DNA of 32,000 bases from positions 2,460,001 through 2,492,000 of the forward strand of contig NC_017080.1 of the NCBI RefSeq assembly GCF_000284115.1. The letters are read 5' to 3'. Shown here one piece after another: positions 17,270-26,305 of this stretch. This stretch comes from Phycisphaera mikurensis NBRC 102666 (GTDB lineage Bacteria > Planctomycetota > Phycisphaerae > Phycisphaerales > Phycisphaeraceae). The notes beneath the pieces are model-generated. The model saw only the letters and a list, made by a program, of their open reading frames with translations, did not search any database and was not told the DNA's origin. Positions within the stretch are counted from its first letter, which is position 1. Every line of letters begins with the position of its first letter. A program made the translations under genes and the position numbers.

Positions 17270-18408
17270 GCGTCGTTGGGTTCGGGCTTGCTGCCCGGGG
17301 TGGTCACGGCCTCGGTGCCCTCGCCGAGGGGAGCGGCGCCCACGGGGTCCTCTCGCTTCGCGATGAGGTCGCAGTCGTCGAAGGCGGTGCCGTCGGCGCC
17401 GCGACGCAGCAGCAGGTAGATCATCGTCGAAGCGGTGCACGCGAAGCTGAAGGCGAAGGCCAGCGGCAGCGCCCGCAGGCAGACCAGCCAGAACCACACG
17501 AGCCAGCCGGTGATCGCGGTCGACGGCGCCTCCCCGCCGCCGGACGCCGGGCCGTCGGCATAAGCCAGTGCCTCGCGGAACGCCGAGGGTGAACCGATCG
17601 CGCCCGCCTCGACGAGGCACGCCGTCAGCCGGATCGCGCCCTCCACGAGCAGCCAGAGGAACCCGAAGCAAGCCGCCCCGTAGAGCGCCGCCACGAGCGC
17701 GTAGAAGAGGTAGGACCAGGGCTTCGCTGTCAGGTACGCGAAGCACCGGCTCATCGTGTCGAAGGCGTCCGTGCCCTCGACCGCGACCGCCGCCGCCATG
17801 AGCGGGTAGCTCAGCAGCAGCGCGGCGACGACGACCGCCGCCCCGAGGCCCGCGAGCAGCATCGGCCCGAAGAGCAGCCCGCCGAGCACGTCCAGCCACG
17901 GGAGCGAGAACAGCAGCAGCCCCAGCAGCGCGAGCGCGATCCCCACCCCCACGATCACCACGCCGGGGATCACCGGGGCGAGCATCGCCCAGGGCCCCTT
18001 GCGCGCGACGAAGCCCGCCGCCGCCACCGGCCCGATGTTCTCGCCGGTGCACAGGCGTGCCGCCGCCATCCGGCAGACGCCGAGCCCGACGCTCGTGGCG
18101 ACCAGGAGCAGAAGGAACACGGCGAGCCAGAGGGGCCAGCCGCCGTCTCCGCGGAGGGCCGCGAACGCGAGCCGGAAGTGCTCCGCGGTTCGGGGTGCGG
18201 AAGGCGAGACAAGCCCATCACGCGTGGAGAGGATCGCGGCGTAGATCACCGCCCACACCCCCATCACCGCCACCCAGCTCAGCAGGATCTTCGAGGGCTG
18301 CATCGCCACCCGGAAGCATTGGAACAGGTGCACCACCGGCGTCACCCGGCCCCAGTCGACGGCGTGAGCGCGGGTGAGGGTGGGCTGCGGATCGATCGGC
18401 TCGGCCAT
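17266..18408 (-). CDS. multi-pass membrane protein of unknown function
   Basis: Several long hydrophobic helices (ILLSWVAVMGVWAVIYAAIL, WLAVFLLLLVATSVGLGV, LLLFSLPWLDVLGGLLFG); GTGA overlap with the binding-protein gene. Confidence 0.8.
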   Translation of the reverse strand: MAEPIDPQPTLTRAHAVDWGRVTPVVHLFQCFRVAMQPSKILLSWVAVMGVWAVIYAAILSTRDGLVSPSAPRTAEHFRLAFAALRGDGGWPLWLAVFLLLLVATSVGLGVCRMAAARLCTGENIGPVAAAGFVARKGPWAMLAPVIPGVVIVGVGIALALLGLLLFSLPWLDVLGGLLFGPMLLAGLGAAVVVAALLLSYPLMAAAVAVEGTDAFDTMSRCFAYLTAKPWSYLFYALVAALYGAACFGFLWLLVEGAIRLTACLVEAGAIGSPSAFREALAYADGPASGGGEAPSTAITGWLVWFWLVCLRALPLAFAFSFACTASTMIYLLLRRGADGTAFDDCDLIAKREDPVGAAPLGEGTEAVTTPGSKPEPNDA

Positions 18409-18460
18409 GGGGCGGAGGGTATCGGGGGCGGTGGGGCATCGGCTGCGCCGATCAAGTGGG

Positions 18461-18685
18461 GAAGCGAAGAAGCGAAGAAGCGAAGAAGTGAGGAAGCGAG
18501 GAGGTGAAGAAGTGAAGAAGCGGGGGAGCGGGGGAGCGGGGGAGCCGACACCGCGATGCGACGCAGCCCGGCCAGCCCCTGCTGACTTCTCCGCTTCTCC
18601 GCTTCTTCGCTTCTCCGCTTCTCCGCTTCTCCGCTTCTCCGCTTCTCCGCTTCTCCGCTTCTTCGCTTGCTCTTCGCTTCTCCGC
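18461..18685. repeat. inverted arrays of a degenerate 8-mer (GAAGCGRA left arm, CTTCTCCG/CTTCTTCG right arm)
   Basis: Left array 18461..18544, spacer, right array 18582..18685; right array preceded by TGCTGACT. Confidence 0.85.
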
Positions 18686-18717
18686 GTGCCGAGCCGCGTA
18701 GCGGCTCCCCCCCCCCC

Positions 18718-20064
18718 TCACATCCCCAGCAACCTCTCCACAAAGTTGATGTCCACCTCGCTCCGCCGGAAGTTCCCGTTCTTCATCAGCCGCAGGTGCA
18801 GCGGGATGGTCGTCTTCGTCGGAGCGATCTCGAACTCCCGCAGCGCCGTGACCAGCGCCCGGATCGCCTGCTCGCGGTCGGGCCGGTGGACGATCAGCTT
18901 GCCGATCATCGAGTCGTAGTGGGGCGGGATCCGGTAGCCCGCGTGGGCGTGGGTGTCCAGCCGCACGCCCAGACCGCCGGGCGGGTTGAAGGCCTGGATG
19001 AGCCCCGCCGAGGGCGCGAAGTTCCGCTCCGGGTCCTCCGCGTTGATCCGCACCTCGATCGCGTGGCCGCTGAGCTTCACGTCCTTCTGCCGGAAGGGCA
19101 GCGGGTCCCCCTGGGCCACCTGGATCGTCGTCTTCACGATGTCCACCCCCGTGACCATCTCGGTGACCGGGTGCTCCACCTGCACCCGGGTGTTGACCTC
19201 CATGAGGTAGAAGTTCTTCTTCGCGTCCATCAGGAACTCGACCGTCCCCGCCGCGTGGTACTTCGCCGCCTTGGCCAGCCGGGCCGCGGAGAGGCACAGC
19301 TTCTCCGCCTCGCTGCGGGTGAGCACCGGGCAGGGCGCCTCCTCGATGAGCTTCTGCTTGCGCCGCTGCATCGTGCAATCGCGTTCCCAGAGGTGGCAGA
19401 CGCTGCCCTGGGTGTCGCCGATGACCTGCACCTCCACGTGGCGGGCGTTGTCGATGAACTTCTCCAGGTAGACCGTCCCGTCCCCGAAGGCCGCCTCGGC
19501 CTCCTGGCTCGCGGCCTTGAGCCCCGCCCGCAGCGCCCCGTCGTTGTGGGCCACCCGCATGCCCCGGCCGCCGCCGCCCGCGGAGGCCTTGACCATGACC
19601 GGGTAGCCGATCTCCTTGGCCATCTTGAGGGCTTCGCCCTCGTCCTCCACCGCGCCCTTGGAGCCCGGCGAGGTGGGCACCTTGCTGGCGATGGCCAGCT
19701 GCTTGCAGGCGACCTTGTCGCCCAGGGTGTTCATGGCCTCGACGCTGGGCCCGATGAACTCGATGTTGCTGCTGCGGCACACGTCCGCGAAGTGGGCGTT
19801 CTCGGCGAGGAAGCCGTAGCCCGGGTGGATCGCGTCGACGTTGCACACCTCGGCGGCCGCGATCAGCCGGGGGATGTTGAGGTAGCTCTGGGCGGGCGCC
19901 GGCGGCCCGATGCACACCGCCCGGTCCGCGGCCCGGACGTGCTTGCTGTCGGCGTCGGCGGTGGAGAACACCGCCACCGCCTCCATGCCCAGCTCGTGGG
20001 CGGCGCGGATGATCCGGAGGGCGATCTCGCCCCGGTTGGCGATGAGGATGCGGGAGAAGGGCAA
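18718..20064 (-). CDS. accC: acetyl-CoA carboxylase biotin carboxylase subunit
   Basis: ILIANRGEIALRIIRAAHELG, ASAGGGGRGMRV, MEVNTRVQVEHPVTEMVTGVDIV, EVRINAEDP. Confidence 0.97.
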   Translation of the reverse strand: MPFSRILIANRGEIALRIIRAAHELGMEAVAVFSTADADSKHVRAADRAVCIGPPAPAQSYLNIPRLIAAAEVCNVDAIHPGYGFLAENAHFADVCRSSNIEFIGPSVEAMNTLGDKVACKQLAIASKVPTSPGSKGAVEDEGEALKMAKEIGYPVMVKASAGGGGRGMRVAHNDGALRAGLKAASQEAEAAFGDGTVYLEKFIDNARHVEVQVIGDTQGSVCHLWERDCTMQRRKQKLIEEAPCPVLTRSEAEKLCLSAARLAKAAKYHAAGTVEFLMDAKKNFYLMEVNTRVQVEHPVTEMVTGVDIVKTTIQVAQGDPLPFRQKDVKLSGHAIEVRINAEDPERNFAPSAGLIQAFNPPGGLGVRLDTHAHAGYRIPPHYDSMIGKLIVHRPDREQAIRALVTALREFEIAPTKTTIPLHLRLMKNGNFRRSEVDINFVERLLGM

Positions 20065-20117
20065 GGAGGTCTCTGGTGGCTTGGGGCGGGTGAACTCGGG
20101 CGAACGCGATGGGGCGG

Positions 20118-20230
20118 GAAAGCGAGGAAGCGAGGAAGCGGAGAAGAAAGGGAGTCAGCAAGATCCTGAGAGAGGCTGGCAATTCATCTGCTGACTTCTT
20201 CGCTTCCTCACTTCTCCGCTTCTTCGCTTG
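20118..20230. repeat. second 8-mer-based inverted repeat element between accB and accC
   Basis: Left arm 20118..20160 ends AGTCAGCA; right arm 20189..20230 begins TGCTGACT; arms are degenerate GAAGCGRR / TTCGCTTC arrays. Confidence 0.85.
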
Positions 20231-20251
20231 AGCGGCTCCGCCGCTGCGTAC

Positions 20252-20716
20252 TCACTTCAACACGAACAACACCTGCCCGAACTCCACCGCATCCCCGTTG
20301 CTCACCTTGATCTCCGCCACCGTCCCGCTGGCCTCCGCCTTGATCTCGTTGAAGACCTTCATCGCCTCGATGATGCAGACCACCGTGTCGGGCGTCACCC
20401 GATCGCCCACCTTCACGAAGTCGTCCGCGTCGGGGCTGCTGGCCGCGTAGAAGCTGCCGACCATCGGCGAGACCACCGGGGTTCCCTCCGCGTCGTCGTC
20501 CGCGGCGGGGCCGGAGGCGGCGGGGGCCGCCGCCGCGGCGCCCGCACCCGTCGCCGCGGACGCCGCGGGCGGGGGAGCCGGCACGTGCTGAACGACCTCG
20601 CCGCCGCCTCCCCGCTTCAGCTTGATCTTCTCGCCCTGGTCCTCCAGGTCCACCTCCGAGAGGCCGTTGTCGACCATCATCTTGATGAGCTGCCGCAGGA
20701 TCTTGAGGTCTGTCAT
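20252..20716 (-). CDS. accB: acetyl-CoA carboxylase biotin carboxyl carrier protein
   Basis: C-terminal [15 protein letters not shown]...[19 protein letters not shown] with biotinylation motif EAMK. Start trimmed to ATG 20716. Confidence 0.95.
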   Translation of the reverse strand: MTDLKILRQLIKMMVDNGLSEVDLEDQGEKIKLKRGGGGEVVQHVPAPPPAASAATGAGAAAAAPAASGPAADDDAEGTPVVSPMVGSFYAASSPDADDFVKVGDRVTPDTVVCIIEAMKVFNEIKAEASGTVAEIKVSNGDAVEFGQVLFVLK

Positions 20717-20832
20717 GGGGTTCGCTTGGCGAGGGAAAGCCGGGGCGGGGGAGCGTAATGGATCGGGAGCCTCCGCGGCCCGCGCCGAACGTTTCGCCAC
20801 GAGAGGAGACCCCGAGGCCGGGCGCGGAAGCC

Positions 20833-20878
20833 CCGCGGACCGGAGCCCCAAACGCCGCCGACCCGCGACGGTCCGCGG
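20833..20878. repeat. 46-bp dyad element, copy D
   Basis: Perfect arms and 26-nt interior, in the accB/katG divergent intergenic region. Confidence 0.85.
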
Positions 20879-21116
20879 TCCCACCGCCCGCGTTCTTCCC
20901 CGGCTCCGGCCGCCCGGTCGTCTAAGGTCGATCTCCGCGGATCCGGACTCTGCCCTGCCTTTGGGCGGGTGGCCCAGCCGCGGCGGCCGGGTCACCCGCC
21001 CAACGCCGCCGCCCGGGCATGGGCCGGGTCGGACCGCACCTTGTTTCCGCATCGCCGGGCTCGACCCGGCGGAGCCCGCAGCCTCCCGAAGCACAGCTCG
21101 CGAAGCGAAGCCCGAT

Positions 21117-23387
21117 ATGGCCACCGACACCTACCCCGACACGCAGCAGTTCCCCGACACCGACGGCCGCGGCCCCAAGGCGCAGTGCCCGTTCATGAAG
21201 CCCCAGCACCGCCACACGGCGCAGGGTGCGCTCTCCAACGGCGACTGGTGGCCCGAGCAGCTCAACCTGCGGATGCTGCACCAGCACGCCCCGGCGGCCG
21301 ACCCGATGGGCACGGACTTCGACTACCGCTCCGCCTTCATGGAGCTCGACTTCCAGGCCGTCAAGCGCGACATCCAGGCGCTCCTGACCGACAGCCAGGA
21401 CTGGTGGCCCGCCGACTACGGGCACTACGGCCCGATGTTCATCCGCATGGCCTGGCACTCCGCCGGCACCTACCGCGTGCAGGACGGCCGCGGCGGCGGC
21501 GGGCACTCCATGCTCCGCTTCGCTCCCCTGAACAGCTGGCCCGACAACGCGAACCTCGACAAGGCCGTCCGCCTGCTCTGGCCGATCAAGCAGAAGTACG
21601 GGGCGAACCTCAGCTGGGGCGACCTGTTGATCCTCACCGGCAACGTCGCCCTCGAGGACATGGGGCTGCAGACGTTCGGGTTCGGCGGCGGCCGCGTGGA
21701 CCTCTACGAGCCCGAGGGCGACATCAACTGGGGACCCGAGACCGACTGGCTCGGCGACGAGCGCTACACCGGCGACCGCGAGCTGCAGAACCCGCTGGGC
21801 GCGGTGCAGATGGGCCTCATCTACGTGAACCCCGAGGGGCCCAACGGCAGCGGCGACCCGGTCGCCTCCGCTCGCGACATCCGCGAGACCTTCTCGCGCA
21901 TGGCGATGAACGACGAGGAGACCGTCGCCCTGATCGCCGGCGGCCACACCTTCGGCAAGGTCCACGGCGCCGCCAGCCCCGCCGAGAACGTCGAACGCGA
22001 GCCCGAGGGCGCGCCCCTCGAGCAGATGGGCCTGGGGTGGAAGAACAACTTCGAGAGCGGCAAGGGCGAGCACACCATCAGCTCCGGGCTGGAGGGCGCC
22101 TGGACCGCGAAGCCCACCGAGTGGGACAACGGCTACTTCGAGAACCTCTTCAAGTACGAGTGGAAGCAGACGAAGTCGCCTGCTGGCGCGACGCAGTGGA
22201 TCCCCACCGACGAGAGCGTCGCGAACCTCGTGCCCGACGCCCACGACCCGGTGAAGCGGCACGCGCCGATCATGCTGACCTCGGACCTCGCGCTCATCAA
22301 GGACGAGAAGTACCTGCCGATCAGCAAGCGCTTCCACGACGACCCGGCCTACTTCGCCGAAACCTTCGCCCGCGCCTGGTACAAGCTGACGCACCGGGAC
22401 ATGGGCCCGAAGATCCGCCTGCTCGGGCCGGAAGTGCCCGAGGAGGAGCTGCTCTGGCAGGACCCGGTGCCGGCTCCCGACGCCCCCCTGATCGGGGAGG
22501 CGGAGATCGCCACGCTGAAGGAGAAGCTGCTGGGCTGCGGGCTGAGCCTGCAGCAGCTCGTCTCGACGGCGTGGAAGGCCGCCGCGACGTTCCGCGGCAC
22601 CGACCTGCGCGGCGGCGCCGACGGCGCCCGCCTTCGGCTGGCGCCGCAGAAGGACTGGGACGCGCACGAGCCCGAGGAGCTGGCGAAGGTGCTGGAGGTG
22701 CTCGAGGCGGTGCAGACCGACTTCAACGCGGGGCTCGATGGCATGAAGGTGTCGCTCGCGGACACGATCGTGCTCGGCGGCTGCGCCGCCGTCGAGGCCG
22801 CGGCCCGGGCCGCCGGCAGCGACGTGACGGTCCCCTTCACCCCCGGCCGCGGCGACGCCTCGCAGGAGCAGACCGACGTGGAGAGCTTCGCGTGGCTGGA
22901 GCCCACCGCCGACGGTTTCCGCAACTACATGCCTTTCGGCGGCGGCCGCGACGGCGGCGACCACGGCTTCCCGCCGCAGGAGCTGCTGCTCGACCGCGCC
23001 CACGCGCTCAACCTCTCCGCCCCGGAGATGACCGTGCTCGTCGGCGGCATGCGCGCGATCGGCGCGACCCACGGCGGATCGAAGCTCGGCGTGCTCACCA
23101 ACACGCCGGGCCAGCTGAACAACGCCTTCTTCACCACGCTGCTCGACAACGACCTCACCTGGAAGAAGAGCGAGCGCTGCGCGCACTTCTACGAGGGGTC
23201 GTCCCGCGCCACCGGCGACGCGAAGTGGATCGCCACCGCGGTGGACCTCGTCTTCGGCAGCAACAGCCAGCTGCGGGCGATCTCCGAGGTCTACGCCTCC
23301 AAGGGCGGGAACGATCGCTTCGTGGACCACTTCGTGAAGGCGTGGACGAAGGTGATGACGCTGGACCGCTTCGACCTGCACGCCTGA
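21117..23387 (+). CDS. katG: catalase-peroxidase
   Basis: [57 protein letters not shown], and a C-terminal duplicate peroxidase-like domain. Confidence 0.97.
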   Translation: MATDTYPDTQQFPDTDGRGPKAQCPFMKPQHRHTAQGALSNGDWWPEQLNLRMLHQHAPAADPMGTDFDYRSAFMELDFQAVKRDIQALLTDSQDWWPADYGHYGPMFIRMAWHSAGTYRVQDGRGGGGHSMLRFAPLNSWPDNANLDKAVRLLWPIKQKYGANLSWGDLLILTGNVALEDMGLQTFGFGGGRVDLYEPEGDINWGPETDWLGDERYTGDRELQNPLGAVQMGLIYVNPEGPNGSGDPVASARDIRETFSRMAMNDEETVALIAGGHTFGKVHGAASPAENVEREPEGAPLEQMGLGWKNNFESGKGEHTISSGLEGAWTAKPTEWDNGYFENLFKYEWKQTKSPAGATQWIPTDESVANLVPDAHDPVKRHAPIMLTSDLALIKDEKYLPISKRFHDDPAYFAETFARAWYKLTHRDMGPKIRLLGPEVPEEELLWQDPVPAPDAPLIGEAEIATLKEKLLGCGLSLQQLVSTAWKAAATFRGTDLRGGADGARLRLAPQKDWDAHEPEELAKVLEVLEAVQTDFNAGLDGMKVSLADTIVLGGCAAVEAAARAAGSDVTVPFTPGRGDASQEQTDVESFAWLEPTADGFRNYMPFGGGRDGGDHGFPPQELLLDRAHALNLSAPEMTVLVGGMRAIGATHGGSKLGVLTNTPGQLNNAFFTTLLDNDLTWKKSERCAHFYEGSSRATGDAKWIATAVDLVFGSNSQLRAISEVYASKGGNDRFVDHFVKAWTKVMTLDRFDLHA

Positions 23388-23555
23388 CCGCGGGAACCCG
23401 TGCGTGGGCGTCCGGGCCGGTCCGCGTCGCGGACGCCGGGAGCCCGCCGCTGCGGGCGGACGCGAGAGCGATCCGGGCGACCGCCCGGCGCCGCTCGGCG
23501 GCCTTCCCGCGCGCCGCCCGCTCCTTCGCCGCCGGCAGGCCGACCGCCGCGCCGT

Positions 23556-24272
23556 TCAGCGCTCCTCCAGCGCCTCCCGCAGCTCCGCCTTGTCCATCTT
23601 CGACCGGCCGTCGATCCCCGCCTCCTTCGCCTCCTCGTAGAGCTCGGCCTTCGTCTCCGCCTCGCCGCCGGAGCCGCCGCCCGCCCCGTCGCCGTCGCCG
23701 AAGGAGTCGTGCAGCGCGTGGGCCAGGTCTTCCTTGTCGAGCTTGCTCCGCCCCTCCACCTCCCGCTCGGACGCGAGGCGGTGGAGCTCCTTGGAGGAGA
23801 GCCGCAACAGCTGCTCCACCGACAGCTCGCTCGCGTCGCCGTGGTCGACGTACGCCCGCGCGGCCTTCGCCTCCACCGTGTTCTCGACGAACTGCTTGCC
23901 GGCGTCCTCGCCCTCGTCCTGCTTCTTCTGCTCGGTCCGCTTCTTCTCCTCCTCGGAAAGGAGGTCCCAAGCCTTTGCGGGGAGGTACCGCTTCATGGGT
24001 TCGCCGTCCTCGTCGGCGTAGGCGCTGCCATCGCGGGTCTGCCAGTCCTGCTCGGTCCACGCGCGGAGCGAGTCGGCGGCCTCCTCCTGCTCCTGGTCCT
24101 GCTTGTAGCCGCCGCCCTCGGCCTCGTACCGCTGCACGAGCAGCTGGCTCTTGCGGGCCGACCACTGCCCGGGCTTGCCCCCCTTGTCGCCGGCTTTGAT
24201 CTCCTCCTTGAGGTCGACGCGGAGCTGCGGCTTCGTGTACTTCTCGGCGTAGTCGTCCGCGGTCTTGCCCAT
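23556..24272 (-). CDS. DUF5872-like protein with two C-terminal Rho_N/SAP-like repeats
   Basis: KYTKPQLRVDLKEEIKAGDKGGKPGQWSARKSQLLVQRYEAEGGGYK; repeats SKELHRLASEREVEGRSKLDKEDLAHAL and TKAELYEEAKEAGIDGRSKMDKAELREAL. Start trimmed to ATG 24272. Confidence 0.72.
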   Translation of the reverse strand: MGKTADDYAEKYTKPQLRVDLKEEIKAGDKGGKPGQWSARKSQLLVQRYEAEGGGYKQDQEQEEAADSLRAWTEQDWQTRDGSAYADEDGEPMKRYLPAKAWDLLSEEEKKRTEQKKQDEGEDAGKQFVENTVEAKAARAYVDHGDASELSVEQLLRLSSKELHRLASEREVEGRSKLDKEDLAHALHDSFGDGDGAGGGSGGEAETKAELYEEAKEAGIDGRSKMDKAELREALEER

Positions 24273-24309
24273 GGGCCACCGTAGAAGCGAGCGAGCCCGG
24301 CGGCCAGTC

Positions 24310-25446
24310 TCAGCCCAGCTCGGCATCGCTGCGCTGCTTGGGCAGCGTCGTGAGCACGTCCTTCCCGCCCTCGACCACGGCCACGTCGTCCTCGATGCGG
24401 ACGCCGCCGATGCCGGGCAGGTACACGCCGGGCTCGACGGTGACCACGTGGCCGACCTCCAGCCGGCCGTTCTTGGGCGCCAGCGGCGAGAGCCGCGGGT
24501 CCTCGTGCACGTTGAGCCCGAGGCCGTGGCCCAGGCCGTGGCCAAACGCCTCGCCGTACCCGCGGGCCGTCAGCAGGTCCCGCGCCGCCTTGTCCACGTC
24601 GCGGAGCCGCACCCCCGGCGCGATGGCCGCGATGGCCGCCTCCTGCGCCTCGAGCACGGCGTCGTACACGTCGGCCATCTTCCGCGAGAACCGCCGCAGC
24701 GCCACCACCCGCGTCATGTCGGCGCAGTAGCCATCGAGCCTGGCGCCCCAGTCGATGAGCACGAAGCCCGATGCCCTCAGCTTCGCCGGCCCCGGGATCG
24801 CGTGCGGGAGCGCCGCGTTCGCGTCGGCCGCGACGATCGTGTGGAAGGCGGCGCCGTCCGCCCCCCGCTCCCGCATGCGGTACTCGAGCAAGCCGGCGAC
24901 GGCGGACTCCTGCTGCCCCGCGGCGAGGCCGCCGACGATTTCCTCGAAGGCACGCTGCTGCAGCTCGCCGGCGGCCCGGATCTTCTCGATCTCCTCGGGG
25001 GTCTTGAGGGCCCGCTGAGACGCCAGCCCGTCCTCGAAAGCGACGAGCTTGGGGGCCCGGCCCGCTCCGCGGAAGCCGCTGCGGAGCCCTTTCTTCAGGC
25101 GCTTCTTCCCCTCCAGCGTGAAGCCGGTCTCCTGCAGGCCCAGCTTCGCGTAGCCACGCTTGCCGATCACGCCGGCCACCGCCTCGGCCATGAGGCCTTT
25201 GCGGATGACCGCCCGGGTGCCGGGCGCCTCCCGCTCCACCTGCTCGGCGAAGCGAGCGTCGGTGAGGATCACCGCCCCGCCGCGGGCGGGGACCAGCAGC
25301 CAGGAGTCGTCGCCGACGAAGCCGGTGAGGTAGCGGAGGTCCAGCGGCAGGTTCAGCAGCGCCGCGTCGAGCCCCGCCTCCTTCACCCGGCGCTGCAGAG
25401 GCTTCAAGCGCGACTTGAGTTCCAGCGGCAGCGTAGGTCGTGGCAT
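24310..25446 (-). CDS. Xaa-Pro aminopeptidase-like M24 family metallopeptidase
   Basis: LIDWGARLDGYCADMTRV, GYGEAFGHGLGHGLGLNVHEDP, VTVEPGVYLPGIGGVRIEDDV. ATG 25446 chosen. Confidence 0.92.
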   Translation of the reverse strand: MPRPTLPLELKSRLKPLQRRVKEAGLDAALLNLPLDLRYLTGFVGDDSWLLVPARGGAVILTDARFAEQVEREAPGTRAVIRKGLMAEAVAGVIGKRGYAKLGLQETGFTLEGKKRLKKGLRSGFRGAGRAPKLVAFEDGLASQRALKTPEEIEKIRAAGELQQRAFEEIVGGLAAGQQESAVAGLLEYRMRERGADGAAFHTIVAADANAALPHAIPGPAKLRASGFVLIDWGARLDGYCADMTRVVALRRFSRKMADVYDAVLEAQEAAIAAIAPGVRLRDVDKAARDLLTARGYGEAFGHGLGHGLGLNVHEDPRLSPLAPKNGRLEVGHVVTVEPGVYLPGIGGVRIEDDVAVVEGGKDVLTTLPKQRSDAELG

Positions 25447-25674
25447 CAGCCGACGGTACCCGGGGCGGTCTTCCGGGAGCATCGCGCGCCCTTTCCGGAT
25501 GGAACCGCGTCCGCGGGGGGTGTTCCCCGCGAGGAGGCGAAGCCGCCCTGCCCCCGCGGGGCGATGCCGCCGGCGAAGCGAGAGACGCGACCCGCCCGCA
25601 GAGGCGGTCCGGGGACGGGGCTTGGTGCGCTATAGTCCGGCACCGCGCGAACCTTCCTAAACAGAACCCGAAAC

Positions 25675-26175
25675 ATGCCGAACGACCAGGGTCCCGGGCC
25701 CATGCTCCACATCGACGACGACTGGAAAGCGGAAGCGCAGCGCGAGAAGGAGCGGCTGGCGAAGAAGCGTGCCGCCGAGGCCGCGGCGCCCGCGGCTCCG
25801 CCCTCCGGCGGCCCTGGCACCCCCAGCGCCTCCGGTGATGCCCCGGGCGGCACGCCCTCCCGGGCGACGCTCCCCCCGGGCACCGCGCTGCCCGCCGGCT
25901 TCGAGGACCTCGTCAACACGCTGACGTCCCGCGCCCTCATGTCGATGGGCGCGATGCCCGACCCCAGCGGCCGCGCCTACGTGAGCCTCGAGACCGCTCG
26001 GCAGCAGATCGATCTGCTCGACGTGCTCGAGCAGAAGACCGCCGGGAACCTCACGGCCGAGGAGAAGAGCAACCTCGCGAGCACGCTTCACGAGCTGCGG
26101 ACCGCCTACCTCGAGGTCGCCCACGCGCTGCGCCAGCAGAGCATCGAACGCGGCGGCACCGGCATGGCCGCCTGA
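25675..26175 (+). CDS. DUF1844-like small protein
   Basis: FEDLVNTLTSRALMSMGAMPDPSG...ARQQIDLLDVLEQKTAGNLTAEEKSNLASTLHELRTAYL. Confidence 0.8.
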   Translation: MPNDQGPGPMLHIDDDWKAEAQREKERLAKKRAAEAAAPAAPPSGGPGTPSASGDAPGGTPSRATLPPGTALPAGFEDLVNTLTSRALMSMGAMPDPSGRAYVSLETARQQIDLLDVLEQKTAGNLTAEEKSNLASTLHELRTAYLEVAHALRQQSIERGGTGMAA

Positions 26176-26176
26176 G

Positions 26177-26222
26177 CCGCGGACCGCCGGCCCGGAGCCC
26201 GCTTCCGGGCCGCGGTCCGCGG
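26177..26222. repeat. 46-bp dyad element, copy E (near-perfect hairpin)
   Basis: CCGCGGACCGCCGGCCCGGA-loop-TCCGGGCCGCGGTCCGCGG: 19 bp pairing with one bulge. Starts 2 nt after the DUF1844 stop. Confidence 0.9.
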
Positions 26223-26305
26223 CCGCGGGCGACGCACCCGCTCCCTCCGCTTCTCCGGGGAGCCGAACCCGAACCCAAGCCATCTCCCGCCGCAGACGGA
26301 GTCCC

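Noticed and set aside
18342-18743. ORFs made of EAEKRRSGEAEKRRSGE-type repeats, seen as possible repeat proteins.
   Set aside because: They are translations of the 8-mer DNA array, appear in several frames on both strands, and extend into flanking genes; no independent coding support.
19922-19931. Exact CGGTCCGCGG in accC as another 46-bp element.
   Set aside because: The sequence 36 nt upstream (CTCTGGGCGG) does not match the left arm; it is probably coding coincidence (ADRAV).
18461-20230. Possible CRISPR array at the 8-mer repeats.
   Set aside because: The units are contiguous, only 8 nt long, degenerate, with no unique spacers and no cas genes in the window.
20922-23381. 819-aa ORF antisense to katG, plus similar long antisense or shifted ORFs (160..1653 -, 1623..2987 -, 7621..9921 +, 12151..14427 +, 14469..16901 +, 27288..29744 +, 27433..29499 -).
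   Set aside because: These are low-complexity Arg/Ala/Gly/Pro- or Val/Glu/His-rich translations opposite or out of frame with well-supported genes, the usual artefact of very high GC content.
23418-23436. CGGTCCGCGTCGCGGACGCC palindrome after katG as an element copy.
   Set aside because: No partner arm at 36-nt spacing; it is a separate short GC palindrome.
26177-26222. Reading the 46-bp elements simply as intrinsic terminators.
   Set aside because: No T-tract follows, several copies are inside or upstream of genes, the interiors often do not pair, and the fixed 46-bp length is not expected of terminators. A role in transcript 3' ends is still possible for some copies.
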